Origin: Microthyrium microscopicum
Taxonomy: Eukaryota
DNA: 64,000 nucleotides
Reading direction: 5' to 3'
NCBI GenBank assembly: GCA_010405405.1
Contig: MU004240.1
Location: 820,316-884,315, forward strand
Shown here: piece by piece, positions 24,912 to 40,493 of the stretch
Layout: each line of letters begins with the position of its first letter
Position numbering within the stretch: position 1 is the stretch's first letter
Translations under genes and position numbers: made by a program
Notes under the pieces: model-generated
Databases searched by the model: none
Seen by the model: only the letters and a program-made list of their open reading frames with translations
Told to the model about the DNA's origin: nothing

Positions 24912-27900
24912 TATAACGAGCTACAGAACTTAGAGTAAGTAGATAATTAGATTATATTCTAGAATCTATAAATAGGAGAGAGAAAGAAGAAGATCTAGAA
25001 GAGCTATAGATCTATAAGGGATGTAAGTCTGCTTAGTAGATTCTTAGGCGTGCTAACCCCTTTAGGTTTAGCGTATAATCTTATAATAAGATCTTTCTTA
25101 TAATATTGCTATAAAGCCTATAAAGAGGAATTATTATATAACTCTTTCCTTTAGTATAGCTCTCTAGGCTATAGATTACTAATTATAACTACTTTCCTAA
25201 TCTATTCTATTTTAATCTAGTCTAGTCTAGTCTAGTTTAGTCTAGTCTTATCTAGTCTAATAAACTTTTAGTAATAAATAATATTTTAATCCTTTTATAG
25301 TATAATACTAACCTTATTAGTTATTTAAAGTATCTTAATTTTTAGCCTACTAAGGTAACTATTAAGAAGTATTAATAAACCTTAAGATATTCTTAGAATA
25401 CTCTAGTTCTTAAGTCCTAGTAGTCTAGTAGTTAGTAATCTTATTAGTATAAGGGAATTAGTAGTATAATTATTTACTCTTTTTAATTAGTAGGAACGCT
25501 ATTAGAGTTATAATTAATACTATTACTAATAGGCTCTAGTATTAGTAGTATCTAGGTAGGATATAGGCCTAGCTTATTAGGGTACTAAGTATAAAACTTA
25601 GTAATAAGCTCTAGCGCGTTTTTAGTAGCTATTTAATTATATTATTTAGCTTTATTATAACTAGTATACTTAATCTTATATTATAGCTTCTTATATTAAC
25701 TAGTAAAGTAGTTATTAATAATAGTATTAATAGACTATTTATTGTTATTTATAGTTTTTCTAATAACTACTAGTAGTAGATTAGTATACTTAAGTAGCTT
25801 AGTATTATCTATAATATAGTAGAGGACCTAAACGTAGAAAATATTATATATCTTTATAAAAGAGAGGAGATTAAGTTTATAAGTAATAGTATTAATTTTC
25901 TTAATTATATAGAAGGAACTTATATTCTTATTATTTAGAGTCTTTAAGAAATATAAAGTAGAGTAATTCTATATATCTAAGTAAACTTAGTTACTTAGTA
26001 ATAAGTCTAGAGCTATATAGTAATAATAGTTAGCATATTCTACTTACTAAGCTTATATCTAGATTAATTACTCTATTAAGTAATTATATATCTTAGTATA
26101 TTTTTTCTATATTATATCTATATTAATAGCTTCCTTATTAGTAGCTATAGAGGCATTTATAGGTTTTAGGAGGCAATATAAAAACTTAAGGCCTAAATAA
26201 GAGTTAAATCTATTTTAAGCTTTAAAGGATATAACTCCTATAGTAGCGTTTATAATAAAATTAACTATAAATTTAGTAAAGAGTAGAAAGGCTACCTAGT
26301 TATCTTAATCCTAATTAATAAATATATATAAGAACTACTTAAGTATAGTAACTAAGATTTCTATTATACTATTAGTTTTAGAATAAAATACTATACTAAG
26401 ATAAAGTATTATGTTTACGTATTTATATAAGCGCTTCTAAAACGTAAAGATAAATTAGCTATTATAGTCTAAAAGAATTATTAATAGCTAGCTAATAAGC
26501 TTCTATATATAGTTAATAAAGGCTAGTACTATTAAGTCTATAAATAAGTCTAGTAGTAGAATAAAATATTAAGTTTATATATATTAGTTAATAACTACTA
26601 TAACATATTAATAGATTATACTTTAGTATAAATAGTAAGGTAGTAAGATAGTAAAGTTAATAGAAATATTAGACTATATGTACTTAGAAAGAAGGAATTA
26701 ATATAGAAAGCCTTACTTCTTTTAGTAAATAGGTTTAGTAAATATATATTTATAGCTTTTAATAAAGCTTTTAATATTCTATAATATTTTAAGCTACTAG
26801 TAATCTTTTTATAAGTAGTAGTAAGTTATTACTACTTTACTATAGTCTATAGCTTTATAGCTATATATACTCTATATAGTATAATGCTAAAGCTTACCTT
26901 AAAGGATAAAGATCTAGTTATAGTAAAGGATTATTTTATTAATAGCTACTATATAGTCTCTAAGCTTAATCTACTCTTATTTTAGAGTACTAAAGAGTAA
27001 GAAGAGTTAATAGTTAGTCTTAGTATAGTAAATAGTAATTATTATTTTGTTATACTCTACTATATTTATAATATCTTATAAGAACTAGTTACTATTAAAA
27101 TTTAGAGATAGATTATTTCTTAAGGAATTAAGTAGCTTATCTTTAGACGTCTTATTATTACTAAGAGACTCTTTTATAAAATTAAGTAGCTTACTTATAG
27201 GATTAAAAATATCTAACTTATTCTAAGTAATAGTAGCTAAGTATAGTATTAAGAAGTAAGTAGGTTTAATAAGTAATATAGCTAGCTTTACTATATATTT
27301 TATATTAAATTAGTATAGAAATAGTAAAGATTAGACTTATTAAGAGATATAAGGATTATTATTACTTTATAGAATATTTTATAACTAATAAGTAAAGGTA
27401 TTTGCCTTTCTATTAGCTATACTTAGGTAGTACTTTATTTTAAAGTAAAACTAGAAGAGGAACTTAGCCTATTTAGCTTATTATTAAGAGAGATATTTTA
27501 TTATTATAAATATTTAAAGATTATAATAATTAGAAAATACTTAAATAGGGTTAATAGAGCTAAATAGCTCTAGTTCTTACTTTTTAAATACGTAAATAAT
27601 AGTTAGAAGCTCTTTATTATAAATATTATAATTATATTTTACTAAAGTTATTTTCTTTAAGAAATATATAACTAGGTAAAGCTTCCTATTATTACCTTTT
27701 TAAGAAAAGACTATAGCATAAACTTAATCTAAGGTATCTATTTTTAGCTATATTTCTTTTATATAATTAAAGTAATATAATATTTTAGTAGATATAAAGT
27801 CTTACTTTAGCTTCTTAAATATATATTTTTCTAGTCTATTAGGGTCCTAAAAAAAGATTACTATAGCGTCCTTCTTTATAAGTACTATTAGTAGTGCTAT

Positions 27901-30900
27901 AGTTTTTAAATATTTAAGAATAAATTAATAGTAAAAGTTAGTAAAGTTAAAGAAAGCTTAAACGTTTTTTATTAAAAAGAGATATTACTAATTAACTATA
28001 CTTTAAACCTTCTTTAAGTCTATCTTAATACTTTTAGTAGTAATAATTAGGCTAAAGTATTTAACTTATTAAGTATTAAATTTATACTTCTAAATATCTA
28101 AGTATAATCCTACTTTACTTATTATTTTTAGAACTAAGTAGGTATAAGTAGTATAGCTAGCTTTAGTATTACTAAAGACTAATAGATTATCTATATAGCC
28201 TATAATAAAGTTATCTAGGTAATTAATTAGGATATAGTTAAGATAAGCTTAGAAGGTTCTTAAGGCTCTAGTAAAGCTAAAGGGCATAACTTTAAATTTA
28301 TATAACTTATAATAAGTTAGAAATATAGTTTTATATTTATTATTAGGTTTAATATAAATATATATAAAGGTAGTAATAATATTAAATTTAGAGAAGTATT
28401 TTATATAATAGATATAAGTAAGTATTTCTAATAGCTATAAAGGAATATTATAATTCTTTTATATAATCTTATTAAGTTTATAATAATTAATATAAACTTA
28501 AATTCCTCCTCTTAGTTTATATATATATAATATTAATATAATATAATATAACTTACTAGCTTAAACTTAATCTTAACTAAGTATTTAATTAACGTATTAT
28601 TTAATAATAAAGAATTTCTAGTAACCTAGGCTATTATAGTAGCATTTAAAGATTATAGCGTCTAGAATAATATTAATAAAGTAATCCTATTTACTATAGT
28701 ATAGTATAAGTTTATTACCTAATTTTAGATTAAAAATATTTATATAATAATAATATTTCTTTAGTAAATATTTAAGAATTTCTTCTTATAAGAAGAGAGG
28801 CTTATTATACTTCTCTTACTATTTTTTAAAATCTTTAAGTAAAATTTTACTTAAATTAATAGTAATATCTTCTTTTAGTATAGGATCTAGATTTAGAAGT
28901 TTCTTTTCCTTTTTATTTTTAAAGTTATTAAGCTAGATTTTATTAAATTACTAGCTTTATTCTAATAACTTAATAAAGGTAGTAGTACTAACTATAGTAA
29001 TATTTTTAAAGTAAAGGTCTATTAGATTAACTAAGTAGCCTTTATAATTTACTAAGATTAGGTAGCCTACTAGTAAGTAGTATATAAGGTAGTAGTCTAA
29101 GTTAAAGTAGATTTATTTTTTACTTCCTTTAAGAATAACCTTATAGAGATTAATTTAAGGGTTATTAAGGATAAGGTTATAGCTAGTAATATTTATAATA
29201 AAGTAATAAATTTATTTAATATACTCTTCTAAATAGATATTAACTATAGTAGCTTTATTAACTTTTATAATAGCTTTACTATTAGCTAATTATATAATTT
29301 AGAAAGCAAAAAGATTAATAGTAAAGATTTTATATTATTTAATAAAGTTAGGATAAATAATTCCTATTACTCTACTACTAATATTTATAAAAATATTAAT
29401 TTTTAAGTAGTAGCCTTATTTTAAAGAAAATATAGTACTAAAGGTAGTCTATTAGTTACTTACTATAGATATAGTAGCTACTTCTTAAGAATAGAAATTA
29501 TATACTATAGAAGTAAGGAATATTTTAATAATAGCTAGTTTAGTATTATTAAATATAATAAGCTCTAGAGATAATACTTATTAAAGATTACTTTCTAGGC
29601 GCTAGATAGTCTTATTAACCTTATATTAGATTTATTCTTTAAAGAGAATTAGCTTAGAGTTAAGTTTTTCTTTCTTTTATTACTAATTATATACTTTTTA
29701 CTTATTTAGCTCTTTTATATATCTCTATAAAGAAGCTTTTAGTTTTCTATATTATTATTATAATTATACTTATTATAATTATCCTCTATAGTTAAAGACT
29801 AAGGAGATTAAGTAGTAATTTAATTATAAATAGTAGTAAACTCTATAATAATAGTAGTAACCTTTAGTTAGATTTTAGTATCTAAAAAGGTATCTTTATC
29901 TTTATATAGTGCTAAGTTATATTAATAGCTATAGCCCTTCTCTTTATACTTTATATAGTAGTTATTAGCCTTTAAGGTATTATAGATATCTAAAGAGTAG
30001 TTAAACTTTAGTTTCTATTTACTACTCTTAGCTACTAAATAATTATTATTATTATAGCTTTATAAATTAGTAAAGGGAATATATTTAATATAATAAGTAA
30101 TAGTATATAAGCTTTTAAGAAAGTTAATAAATATTTTTAATTTTATAAAGAGTACTCTCTTTATAAACTTTAGAAATAGAAGAGAATATATTTTAATAAT
30201 CTTATCTTAATTACTAAGCTTAGCTTCTTATAAGTTCTCTAAGAAGTAAGCTAGGAATTATTTAAGCTTCTTAATAGGCTTTATTATAGCCTCTTAACTT
30301 TTAAGCTAGGTTTTAGTAGTAATATAGCTATCTTTAATACTATACTTATAGTTTAGATTAGACTATATTTCTACTATAAATAAATATAAGTTAATTAATT
30401 TATAGTTATTTTACTTATTAATAATATTAAATACTTAATTCTTTATTACTCCTTAGATAACTTAGATCTTAAAGGCTTTTATAAGATAGACTTATATATT
30501 ATTATTAAGGTAATCTAATACTTTACCTTTCTAAGTATAGTACTTCTACTTATTCTTTTCTAAGAAGAGTAAAGATTTATTATTCTATACTTTAAAAAAA
30601 AAAGTACTACTAACTAAGTTAAAGTTAGAGAAAAGAGTAATTTAATATAAGTCTAGTATTCTTAGAAGTATATTTAAGTTAAGTTAGTCTATATCTTAAG
30701 CTAAGAAGATCTAGTAAAATAAATTATTATCTACTAACTTATTATAATTAAGATAAGGATTAGTTACCTTAGTAGCTAAGAGTTTCTTTTAAAGAGCGTT
30801 AACTTAAGCTTAAAGAATAGTAGCTTTATCTACTTTCTTCTATAAAGCTTTATAGTATTTATTAATCTTATTAATATAGATAGTAAGTACTTCTTTAAGT

Positions 30901-32565
30901 AAATTATTATTATATTATAATTCTTATACCTTCTAGTAAGTAGTTATTACCTCTTTAAGGATAATAGCATTATCTTAGATTTATACTTTAAAGTAAGTAA
31001 TCTACTTTACATATTTATTATTAGTTTTAGCTAAGTCCTATATCTCTTTCTAAGCTTTTAGAGCTTCTTTCTAAAGAGTATAAATTAAGTCTATATTATA
31101 AGTATTTATATTTTACTTAATTTTAAAAAGGTAGACTATAGTTTAAAAGGCTAATAATAAGGTATAGAGCTATATAATTAAGTCGTCTAGTATAATCTTT
31201 CTTTTTAATAGACGTTCTAAATCTATACCTAATTTAATTAAGTAGTAAAAGTAGTAGTAAAGGTTTAATTACTTTTCTTTATAATAAAGGTATACTCCTA
31301 CGTCTTTTAGCTTATTACTTTCTTTACTAAGTATCTTTTATACTTAAGTAGCTTAAAAGATTAAAGGGTTCTTATTAATAGTTAGAGTAACTAGTTAATT
31401 AAAGTCTATTACTATAGAATAGTAAGATATTAATATAAGTAGTACTCTAAGGCTTTTAGCTTACTAGCATAGTTTTATTAACTATTTATATATTCTAAAA
31501 GAAAGTCTAATATTATTATTAGGTTAGAAAAAAGCTAGTAACTAGTTATTTCCTATATTTATTTAGTTTAGTAAAGTTATTTAACTAGTATTTTAAGGAG
31601 TATCTTTTAATACTTTAGTCTCTTTGCTTTTATAGCCTTATTCTAATAAATAATTATCTTCTAACTTATTTTTATCTTTTAATAACGCTCTTAAGTCTAG
31701 TTCTAGTAGTTTTAATAGTTTTAAAATACTCTTTACTAAATCTACTACTTTCTAGGTAGTATTTAGTTATACTATATTCTAAGTATTAAGTCTACTTTAA
31801 TACTTAGTATATATAGTAAAGGAGTAATATAATAGAAATAAATAATATAAGTATATAGGAGATAAGAATAAGCACTAATTATTAGGCTAAGTATAAGTAA
31901 TTAGAAATAGTAAGTAGGCTATATAGCTATTAACTTAGGTCTATTAGTTAGGAGCCTTATTAACTATAGTTATAAATAATAAAAAAGAGTACTAGGAAAA
32001 AACGCTTATTTATTTAGCATATTTTAATAGTAAGTATATTAAGTATAATTATAAATATTTAGTAATAGTATAAAAAATAAACTTTAGTATTCTATAGAAC
32101 TAAGGATAAGAAGTAATTAACGCTTAGACTATTAATAGGTTAAAAAATATTAGGGAATTCTAATACTCTAATTAGATAAAGGGTTAATAGAGCTAATAGA
32201 TTTAGTAAATCTATAAAGAATCTTTAATAAAGTCTAAGACTATATATGCAAAATATTAATCTATATAGGTGCTTCTTTAGAAATAAATTTTAGAATGCGT
32301 AGTATAAGTACGTAAGTAGTTAAATAATTTATAGATTATATAATAAGCTATAGAACTTAGAGTAAGTAGATAATTAGATTATATTCTAGAATCTATAAAT
32401 AGGAAAGAAAGAGAAAAAGATCTAGAAGAGCTATAGATCTATAAGGAATGTAAGTCTACTTAGTAGATCCTTAGGCGCGCTAACCCTCTTAGGTCTAGCG
32501 CGTGATCTTATAATAAGATCTCTCTTACAATACTACTATAAAGCCTATGAAGAGGAATTATTACA
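24912..32565 (-). mobile_element. Full-length Ty3/Gypsy chromovirus LTR retrotransposon, RIP-inactivated (copy 1)
   Basis: 227-bp LTRs at 24912-25138 and 32339-32565 (family ends TG..CA); TSD CTTAT on both sides. Minus-strand relics: VMPFSFTRALRTF* (from VMPFG..AP.TFQ, about 28.27 kb), YIDNLLVFS (from YIDD, about 28.19 kb), KNV*AFFNFTNFYY*FI (from KDVQAF.GFANFYRRFI, about 27.95 kb), and a chromodomain-like C-terminus (about 25.56-25.74 kb). A purine tract lies next to the left (3') LTR. Confidence 0.93.
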
Positions 32566-35500
32566 CTTATAAGTTAAAGATTTGTGCTATATAGATATTA
32601 CTATTTCTATTATTATTAATAAGAATTCTATCCCTATAACTAGTATTCTTATAAATATAAATAAATATACTTGCCTAAAAATAAGCTAAGTAGTAAAACT
32701 AAAAACTATTAAGCTAATTAGAAATAGTAATAAAGACTAAATTATACTAGAAGAATAGATAGCTATTAATAATTTATTATAAGCATAGCTAAGAAAAAGG
32801 TAAGTATTTTACTATAAATTACTAGTAAAGATTAGTTAAAACTTATAACTAAGTTTATATATTATTTAGTAAAAAAAGTATTAAATAAAGAGTAGATAAA
32901 TAAGAAATTTTCTTATAAAATATTATTAATAAAATAATTTAGATACTATTAATAAGAATAACTAATAGAGAAATAAATACGTAACTAAATTAAGTTTTCT
33001 TAATTATAAAGATCTTTTTTAGTAAAATAGAAATAGAAGTTAGGATCTTAGTAGATATATATAACTATATAAAGAAAATTAAAGATAATAATTCCTAAAA
33101 AGAAAATACTATTATTAGAAGTTCTATAAGTTATATAAAGAATAGTAAGAACTTTATTAAAGGAAGTAAAGTAAGTAAATATAACCTAAGATTATTAAAC
33201 CTTTATCTAAAATAAATAAATATAATACTTAGAACTTACTAATAAATATTAAGTATTAGAGTTTAGTTATATAAATATATAATTTAATACAAAAAGTATC
33301 TAGTATTACTTCTAATTAATAGTAACGTAATTCTTATTAAGAGCTAAGTAAGCTCTTTTCTTAGTAGAAGCTTAGAAAGCTTATAACGAATTAATAAGTA
33401 TAATTAATAAAGATAATATTAAAGAAAATTATACTTTAGAGTAAAAGTTATAGAAAGTATTATATAAATACAATATATAAAGAGAAAGAGTAAAGATAGC
33501 TAAATAAGCATTATATAATAGCTCGTATATATTAGGCTATAATAAGCAAAATATTACTATCTCTAATTTAGAATAATATAATTATACCTAAAAAGAATAA
33601 TTACTTAAAAAATAATAAAGTAAGAAAGTTAACTTAAGCTAATATATATTATAATATTATTAGTATTAATAATTACTATATAAAATAATTAAATATCTTA
33701 CCTTCTATATTAAAAACTTAGTTATATCTATTAATACTATTAAATCCTTTATATCCTTCTTATTAAGGTAATAAAATCTTATACTTATTCTAAGTAATTA
33801 CCTTAATAGGCTTATTTTAAAAAGAGTATAGTTACTATTACTAAGAGAGATAAGCACTAAGATACTATTTAGTTATTATTAATATTATATATACTAAAGT
33901 TTTAATACTAAATAGGATAGAATTAAGTAGAATTATAAGGTACTTCTAGGCTCTAGTTTTATTATTCCTCTCTTAATATATTATAAATAAAATACTACTT
34001 TAATAATAACTTTAAATATTATATATTCTTTACGTCCTTATAATAAAACGTCCCTTACTCTTATTTAATTCTTCTATACTAGTACTAACGTAATAAGAAA
34101 TATCTTAATTATTTAGTTGCTATCTAATATTTATTATAAAGTATATTTATAATACTAAAATAAGCCTATTAACTAATAAATAAATAGTTACTTAACTAAC
34201 TTTAAGCTATTATAATACTATTAAATCCTCCTCCTACTAAAGTATAATATCTATAACGCAAAATAGTAAACATTACTAAAGAAGCAATCTAAGCTATAAA
34301 TAAAACTTTCTTTATTAGTAACTTACCTTTAATTTCTACCTTTTATAATTCTAATAATAGCAAAATTAGCATCTATATTAGCAATATTATACGCTTCCTC
34401 TATACTTATATATTCTACTATATTTACTATAGATAAAGTAGCTAAGAACTTCTATAATTTAATACTATAGATTTCCTAAGAATATTTCTTCTTAATATAT
34501 TTATTAATATTATCTAATTTTATAATAGCTACTATTTCTTAATCTACCCTTTAAATATTCTTTTATATTACTAATATATTAAGTTATTATTTATTATAGT
34601 TATATTAATAATTTATAATCTATTCCTAAGTAATATTATAATAAGTTCTTAATACTTATTTATTACCTTTAGAAAAGAAGCATAAAGCTAATATCTTTAA
34701 TTTTAAAGGTCTATACTAATAATAATTAGTTTATAAGATATTATAGTTTACTAGCTAATTTAGTAGCTATAAATTCTTATACTAATACTCTTACTTTTTC
34801 CTATATAAATATATATATAAGCTAAGTTTTACTAATTTTAACTTTAGATAATAGTATAGAGAACCTAATAATAATTAATTAATAGTAATAATAAGTTTAA
34901 ATAGCTAAATAATAAATATTTCATCTAGCTTAATAAGAAATAAAAAAGAGTTTACTAAACTTACTTAGTTTAATAATAATATTAAATAAAATTTATATAT
35001 TCTTACTTTATATATTTATTACTTATAACGTAACTAAAATAAGTAATAGCTTTTATTATAATAGTTACTCTATACTTTTTAAATTATATAAAGTTAGCTT
35101 ATTATTAATAAAAAACTAGATACTATAAAGATATAGCTATAAATTAAAAAAAAAGAAATATAATAATTATAATATAAATATATATAGTATAATAGTAAGC
35201 TTTTACTAATAAATATTATAATATTAGCTTCTATATTTATTAATAGTTAGTATAGTATTCTTTAAATAGCTATTATCTATAAGTAGTAATACTAACCTCT
35301 TAAATAATAAAAAGACTTATTAAAAATACTTACTAATTATTAAGTTAAAGCCTCCTTTCTTTAAAGGTAGTTTACTAAATAAATCCTTAATACTAAGCAT
35401 ATTATAAGTTTTTAGCTACTTATAAAGTAATTACTAAGTTCTTATTAACCTCTACTTACTAAAAGTATAAGTTAGCTATAACCTATATATCTCTTTAAAT

Positions 35501-37968
35501 ATATTTATTTAGTATTCTTTTTACTTCTCTTCTTCTTTATATCTTTTTATTACCTTTACTCTTACCTAATTTAAAGCTATCTCTATATTATTTTACTAAT
35601 AAATAGAAGCCTTAAAATTAAAAGTAAACATAACTTAATAAACTCTTATAAATATAACGTAGTTCGCTTTAAAATTAAGCTATTACTAACTCTTTAAAAG
35701 TAGTTATCTTATAATTATTAATAGTACTTAATACTTATATCTCTCTTTACTACTTTCTATTAGTAGTACCTCTACTAAGTCTATACTTATTATTTAGTAA
35801 AAACTAAATAATAATTTAAATACCTAGTAGAATATCTAAAATACTTTTACTAATTTTAGGTAATCTTATCTACTTTACTAATAAATAGCTTTATTAGTTT
35901 CTCTAAGACTATCTAATATATAAGAGTAGTATTATATATTTTTAAAGAGAGCTATTATTAGACTAGCTCTAAGTATTTACTTAGATATACCTTAACTCTA
36001 AACCTAACTATTACTTTATAGCTAAGTATATTATAAAGTAGCTTCCTTACGTCTAATAATAAGTCTTCTTTATAGTTCTTTACCTCTACGCTATTACTAT
36101 ATAACTCTTTATAAATAATATTATTAATAATAATAATTTCTATATAGTTTAAGCTCTCTTCTATACTATCTATAGTAATATTTACTCTAACTTTTAGATA
36201 AGTTTTAATATTAAAATACTACTTATTATATATTTACTAATAACTATTTAGGACTATAAACATTAAAACTATTTTTAGTCTCTTTTTCCTTAGTATAACC
36301 TTATTTATAAACTTATTTCTAATATTTTTTTAGATTATAAACGCTAGTACCTAGCTTATATTTAGGCTTATAAAGAGAAGTATAAGTATAGTACTTATAA
36401 TTATACTAATAAAGTATCTATTAATAAAGGCTACTAGCTTAAATCCTTATAAATATAATACTAATTATATATTAATAAAACTATTATAAATAATATTATA
36501 ATAGTAAGTTTATTATAAGTAGTATATTAAAACTCCTTATAGTATATTAGCTAAATTCTAAGTATTATAAAACAAAAATTAATAGTATTTAAACCCTTAT
36601 ACTTAGCTTTTATAATAAGTTTTTAAGACGCTTTTTAAGTAGTCTTTAGGTATATTATAATAATTAGCTAAAAAACTTAAAAAAATAAAATTAAGTAAAG
36701 TAAAAGAATATTAAAAATATATAAGAATAATATAGTAATTATTTATAGCTTAATAATAAAGATAAGAAATAATAAATAACTTAGTTAGTAGCTACTATAG
36801 CTAGTAATAGCTATAATATACCTAAATACTTTAATTTCTATAAAAATCTAAGCTATTAAATTTAGCTTATAATAATATAGTAAGTAGTTATACTATACTT
36901 ACTATTATTTATTACTACTTACTATTATATATTATAGAGTAGAACTCTTTTACTTAAATAAATATCTAAGCTACCTAAAGACTATAATATATAAATATAC
37001 TATAGATCTTCTAAGGCTTTCTTAGCCTTTATAGTATACTATAAAGTTAATAATATAAATATAAATAAATTATCTACTTAAGTCTCTACCTAAAAAAATA
37101 CTTTTCTACCTTAAGTTTATTTATTATAATAAGCTAAAATTTTATAAGAAACATAGGTAGTAATATTTATATTAAATAAAAAAGTTAATTTATAGCGTAT
37201 ATTAAGTAGCTAAAATATAATATTCTTTAGCTATTCTAAATATATAAGATACTACTAATTTATAAGCAAATTAACGTAATTAACTTTTATACTAGCTATT
37301 TATTAGTTAATATATATATATTAAGTTAATAAGATTTATAGTATTAATTCTTATTATAGTAGCTTACTAAATCTTAATTAAAGTTAATAAATATCTAAAG
37401 GCCTTTCTACGTTATTTCTAACTATAGTAATTATAAATAGTTATTTTCATAACTATAGTATTATAAACTTAGTTAATTATACTAATTTTCTTAGTAAAAA
37501 TATTACAAATCTAGACAATTATAACAATTTATCTAGCTAGTTTTTAATAATAATATTAAAATTATACTTTTTAAGAACTATTTAATAGGTTAAAACAATT
37601 TATTAAGTAAGAGAGATTACTAGTACTTATATAAAAAATATAATACTTAAATTACTAATTCCTAGTTTAGAAGTTTAGATAGTAGTATTTAGAAATAATT
37701 ATTTATATAAATACTATAATTATAATTAATTATAATTATTATATAGAAGGCTAATAAATAGTAACTAGTTAAAGAATTTAGATAGAATATTATAATAAGC
37801 TACTAAAAAGAGCTAGTTTACTTAGTATAGATTAAATAAAAAGAAACTACTAAACTAAAGCTAAGAATAATTCTTTAGAAATAAGAATTACTAAAGCCTT
37901 TCTAGCTATTATCTAGAATAAGGCTCTTAATAAGCTATAAGTCTAATAGAGGCCTTAATAATATTTTA

Positions 37969-38370
37969 ATCTAAAGTAACTTCTTACTAAGAACTTAAAG
38001 TAATTTCTTACTAAGAATCTAGAGTAACTTCTTATTAAGAACCTAAAGTAACTTCTTATTAAGAACTTAGAGCAACTTCTTACTAAGAACTTAGAGTAAC
38101 TTCTTACTAAGAACTTAGAGTAACTTCTTACTAAGAACCTAGAGTAACTTCTTACTAAGAACCTAAAATAACTTCTTACTAAGAACTTAGAGTAACTTCT
38201 TACTAAAAACTTAAAATAACTTCTTACTAAGAACTTAGAGTAACTTCTTATTAAGAACTTAAAGTAACTTCTTATTAAGAACTTAGAGTAACTTCTTACT
38301 AAAAACCTAGAGTAACTTCTTACTAAGAACCTAAAGTAATTTCTTACTAAGAACTTAAAGTAACTTCTAC
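37969..38370 (+). repeat. 24-bp minisatellite of about 16-17 copies (consensus CTTCTTACTAAGAACYTAGAGTAA); probably a RIP-mutated 8-aa coding repeat
   Basis: The 24-bp period is read directly and degenerate copies continue to about 38480. One copy keeps GAG CAA where others have GAG TAA, consistent with C-to-T RIP of a Gln codon. Confidence 0.9.
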
Positions 38371-40493
38371 TTATAAATTTATATTAATTTCTTACTATAA
38401 ACTTAAAATAGCATTATACTAAGAACTAAGTATAACTACTTAAAGTAAGCCTAAAGAAATTTCTTACTAAGAGTCTAAGATAATATAATAATAGGAATTT
38501 AAACTAGTACTAAGTTATATATCTTCTATCTATCTTTTTCTAATCCTTTTATCTTACTAGTCTAATTTAATATTAGCATTTTATATATTAATAATTAAAC
38601 TAGTTTAATAGTTTATAAGTAGTAATAAATAATATAATTAAATATTAGGTAAAGTATAAGTATATATAATTATATTACTTAATATAATAAGTACTAAAGG
38701 TCTAAAAAATATAAAAAAAGTAGGCTAAAGTATATATTAAGAACTTAAAATAATAAGTTAAGACTCTAAAACTTATTTAGCTTTTAGCTTTTTAAAGCGC
38801 GCTACTAAGTCTAGTCTTACTTTTCTAAAGAGTTTATTTAAGTTAAATAGAAAACTTAAGTTACTACTATTCTTTTCTTAAAGAGTTTTCTATTCTTTAC
38901 TTAAAGAGTTTTCTATTCTTTACTTAATAAAGGCTATATTTAGGTAAAGGCTTACTAAGGTTAGTTAATAAATAATTATATATTATAAGTACTAAGAAAT
39001 ATACTCTCTAATACTTACTAGTTTTTAATAATCTCTTCTTTAATCTTTTTAAATTTAATTTTAACTTTCTTAATAACTCTAGTTTATAGCTTAGCTAGCT
39101 AGTATTTTAGTAAAGTAATTCTAGTTTTAGAATATCTTTACTTTTATAAACTTATAGACTCTACTCTTTAAGCCTTAAAAAATAGAGCTAGAGAAAAAGC
39201 CTAAAAAGAGAAAGCTTAAAAGATAGAAAGCTTCCTATTTAATATAATAAGACTAAAATTAGCTAATTTTAGTTATAAAGCTAATACTAAAAGTTTCTAC
39301 TCTTTATTTATAAAACTTAAAAGTAAAAATTCTAAAAATATAGCATTAATTAGAATAATTTTTAATAATACTAGTACTTACTTAAATAAGCTTATAACTC
39401 TTTACTATCTTTAACTTATTACTCTTTATCCTCCTTTTCTAAATTCTAAAATACTAATTTATATTTAGTAACTTTTAGTAAAGAGATTAGGGTTAAGGTT
39501 AAAAAAGAAAAAGATAAAAATATATCTATAAGAAAGCTATCTAAGAATAATAAACTATATACGTAATTAAATTTATTTTCCTCTTCCTCTTCTTATTATC
39601 TCTCTACCTCTTTCTCTTTACGTCTTATTTCCTCTTTCTCTTTTAATCTCTTAATCTTTACTATTACCTTATTCTTATTAATTTTAATAATTACGTATAT
39701 AATATACTTCCTTTAGCTCTTTACTACTCTATCTAAAAAGGCTAAAATATTAGATTTAGTTTTATTAATATAAATATTAAGAATAATAGTTATAATAACT
39801 AATAGGCTTTTAGTAGAACTAACTTTATTAGCTAAGGTTACTTCTATTATAAAGAAATAAAGCTAAAACTTTAAATCTATCCTTTTAGCTATATTTAATA
39901 AGTATTTAATAAAAATAGGTTACTTTAACTTAAGATTATAAATAAATACCCTTACCTTATCTTTAAATTCTACTTTAAATTAGTATACTAAGATAATTAA
40001 GAAAAGATAAATAATAAGCTATAAAATATTATTAACTTAAAGATTAGACTAAATCTAATTTATTTATCTTTATTTTAAAATCTATTAAGTACTACTATTT
40101 CTAAATTATAATAATTAAAGTAGTTAGTATAATCTATACTATATTTAGCAATAATACTACTATATTTAGTAGCAATACTAAAGAAATTAGTAATATTAAA
40201 GAATTCTTTAGCTTTATATATATTATTCCTCTTTAATAATATATAATATTTACTTAATTTTAAAAAGAATAGAAGTTTAAGATATTTATTAAGACGTTTA
40301 GAGGATTTAGTATAGTAGTTTTCCTCTAGAATAGCTATTTAATTATATAAATAGAAGCTAAAGGTACTATTAAAGAAAGACGTATTAATAATACTATAAT
40401 AGGAAACTATCTAATTTATAATAATAATAAAGTTATAAAACCTATAATAAAAGGCGTAGATAAAGGTAAAGTTTATAAATTTACTAGACTTAC

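Noticed and set aside
25216..25260. (TCTAG)n microsatellite
   Set aside because: It is part of the retrotransposon 3' region and is also present in copy 2 (about 40797-40840), so it is not an independent feature.
37969..38370. CRISPR-like array
   Set aside because: The units are head-to-tail with no unique spacers, in a eukaryotic context with no cas genes.
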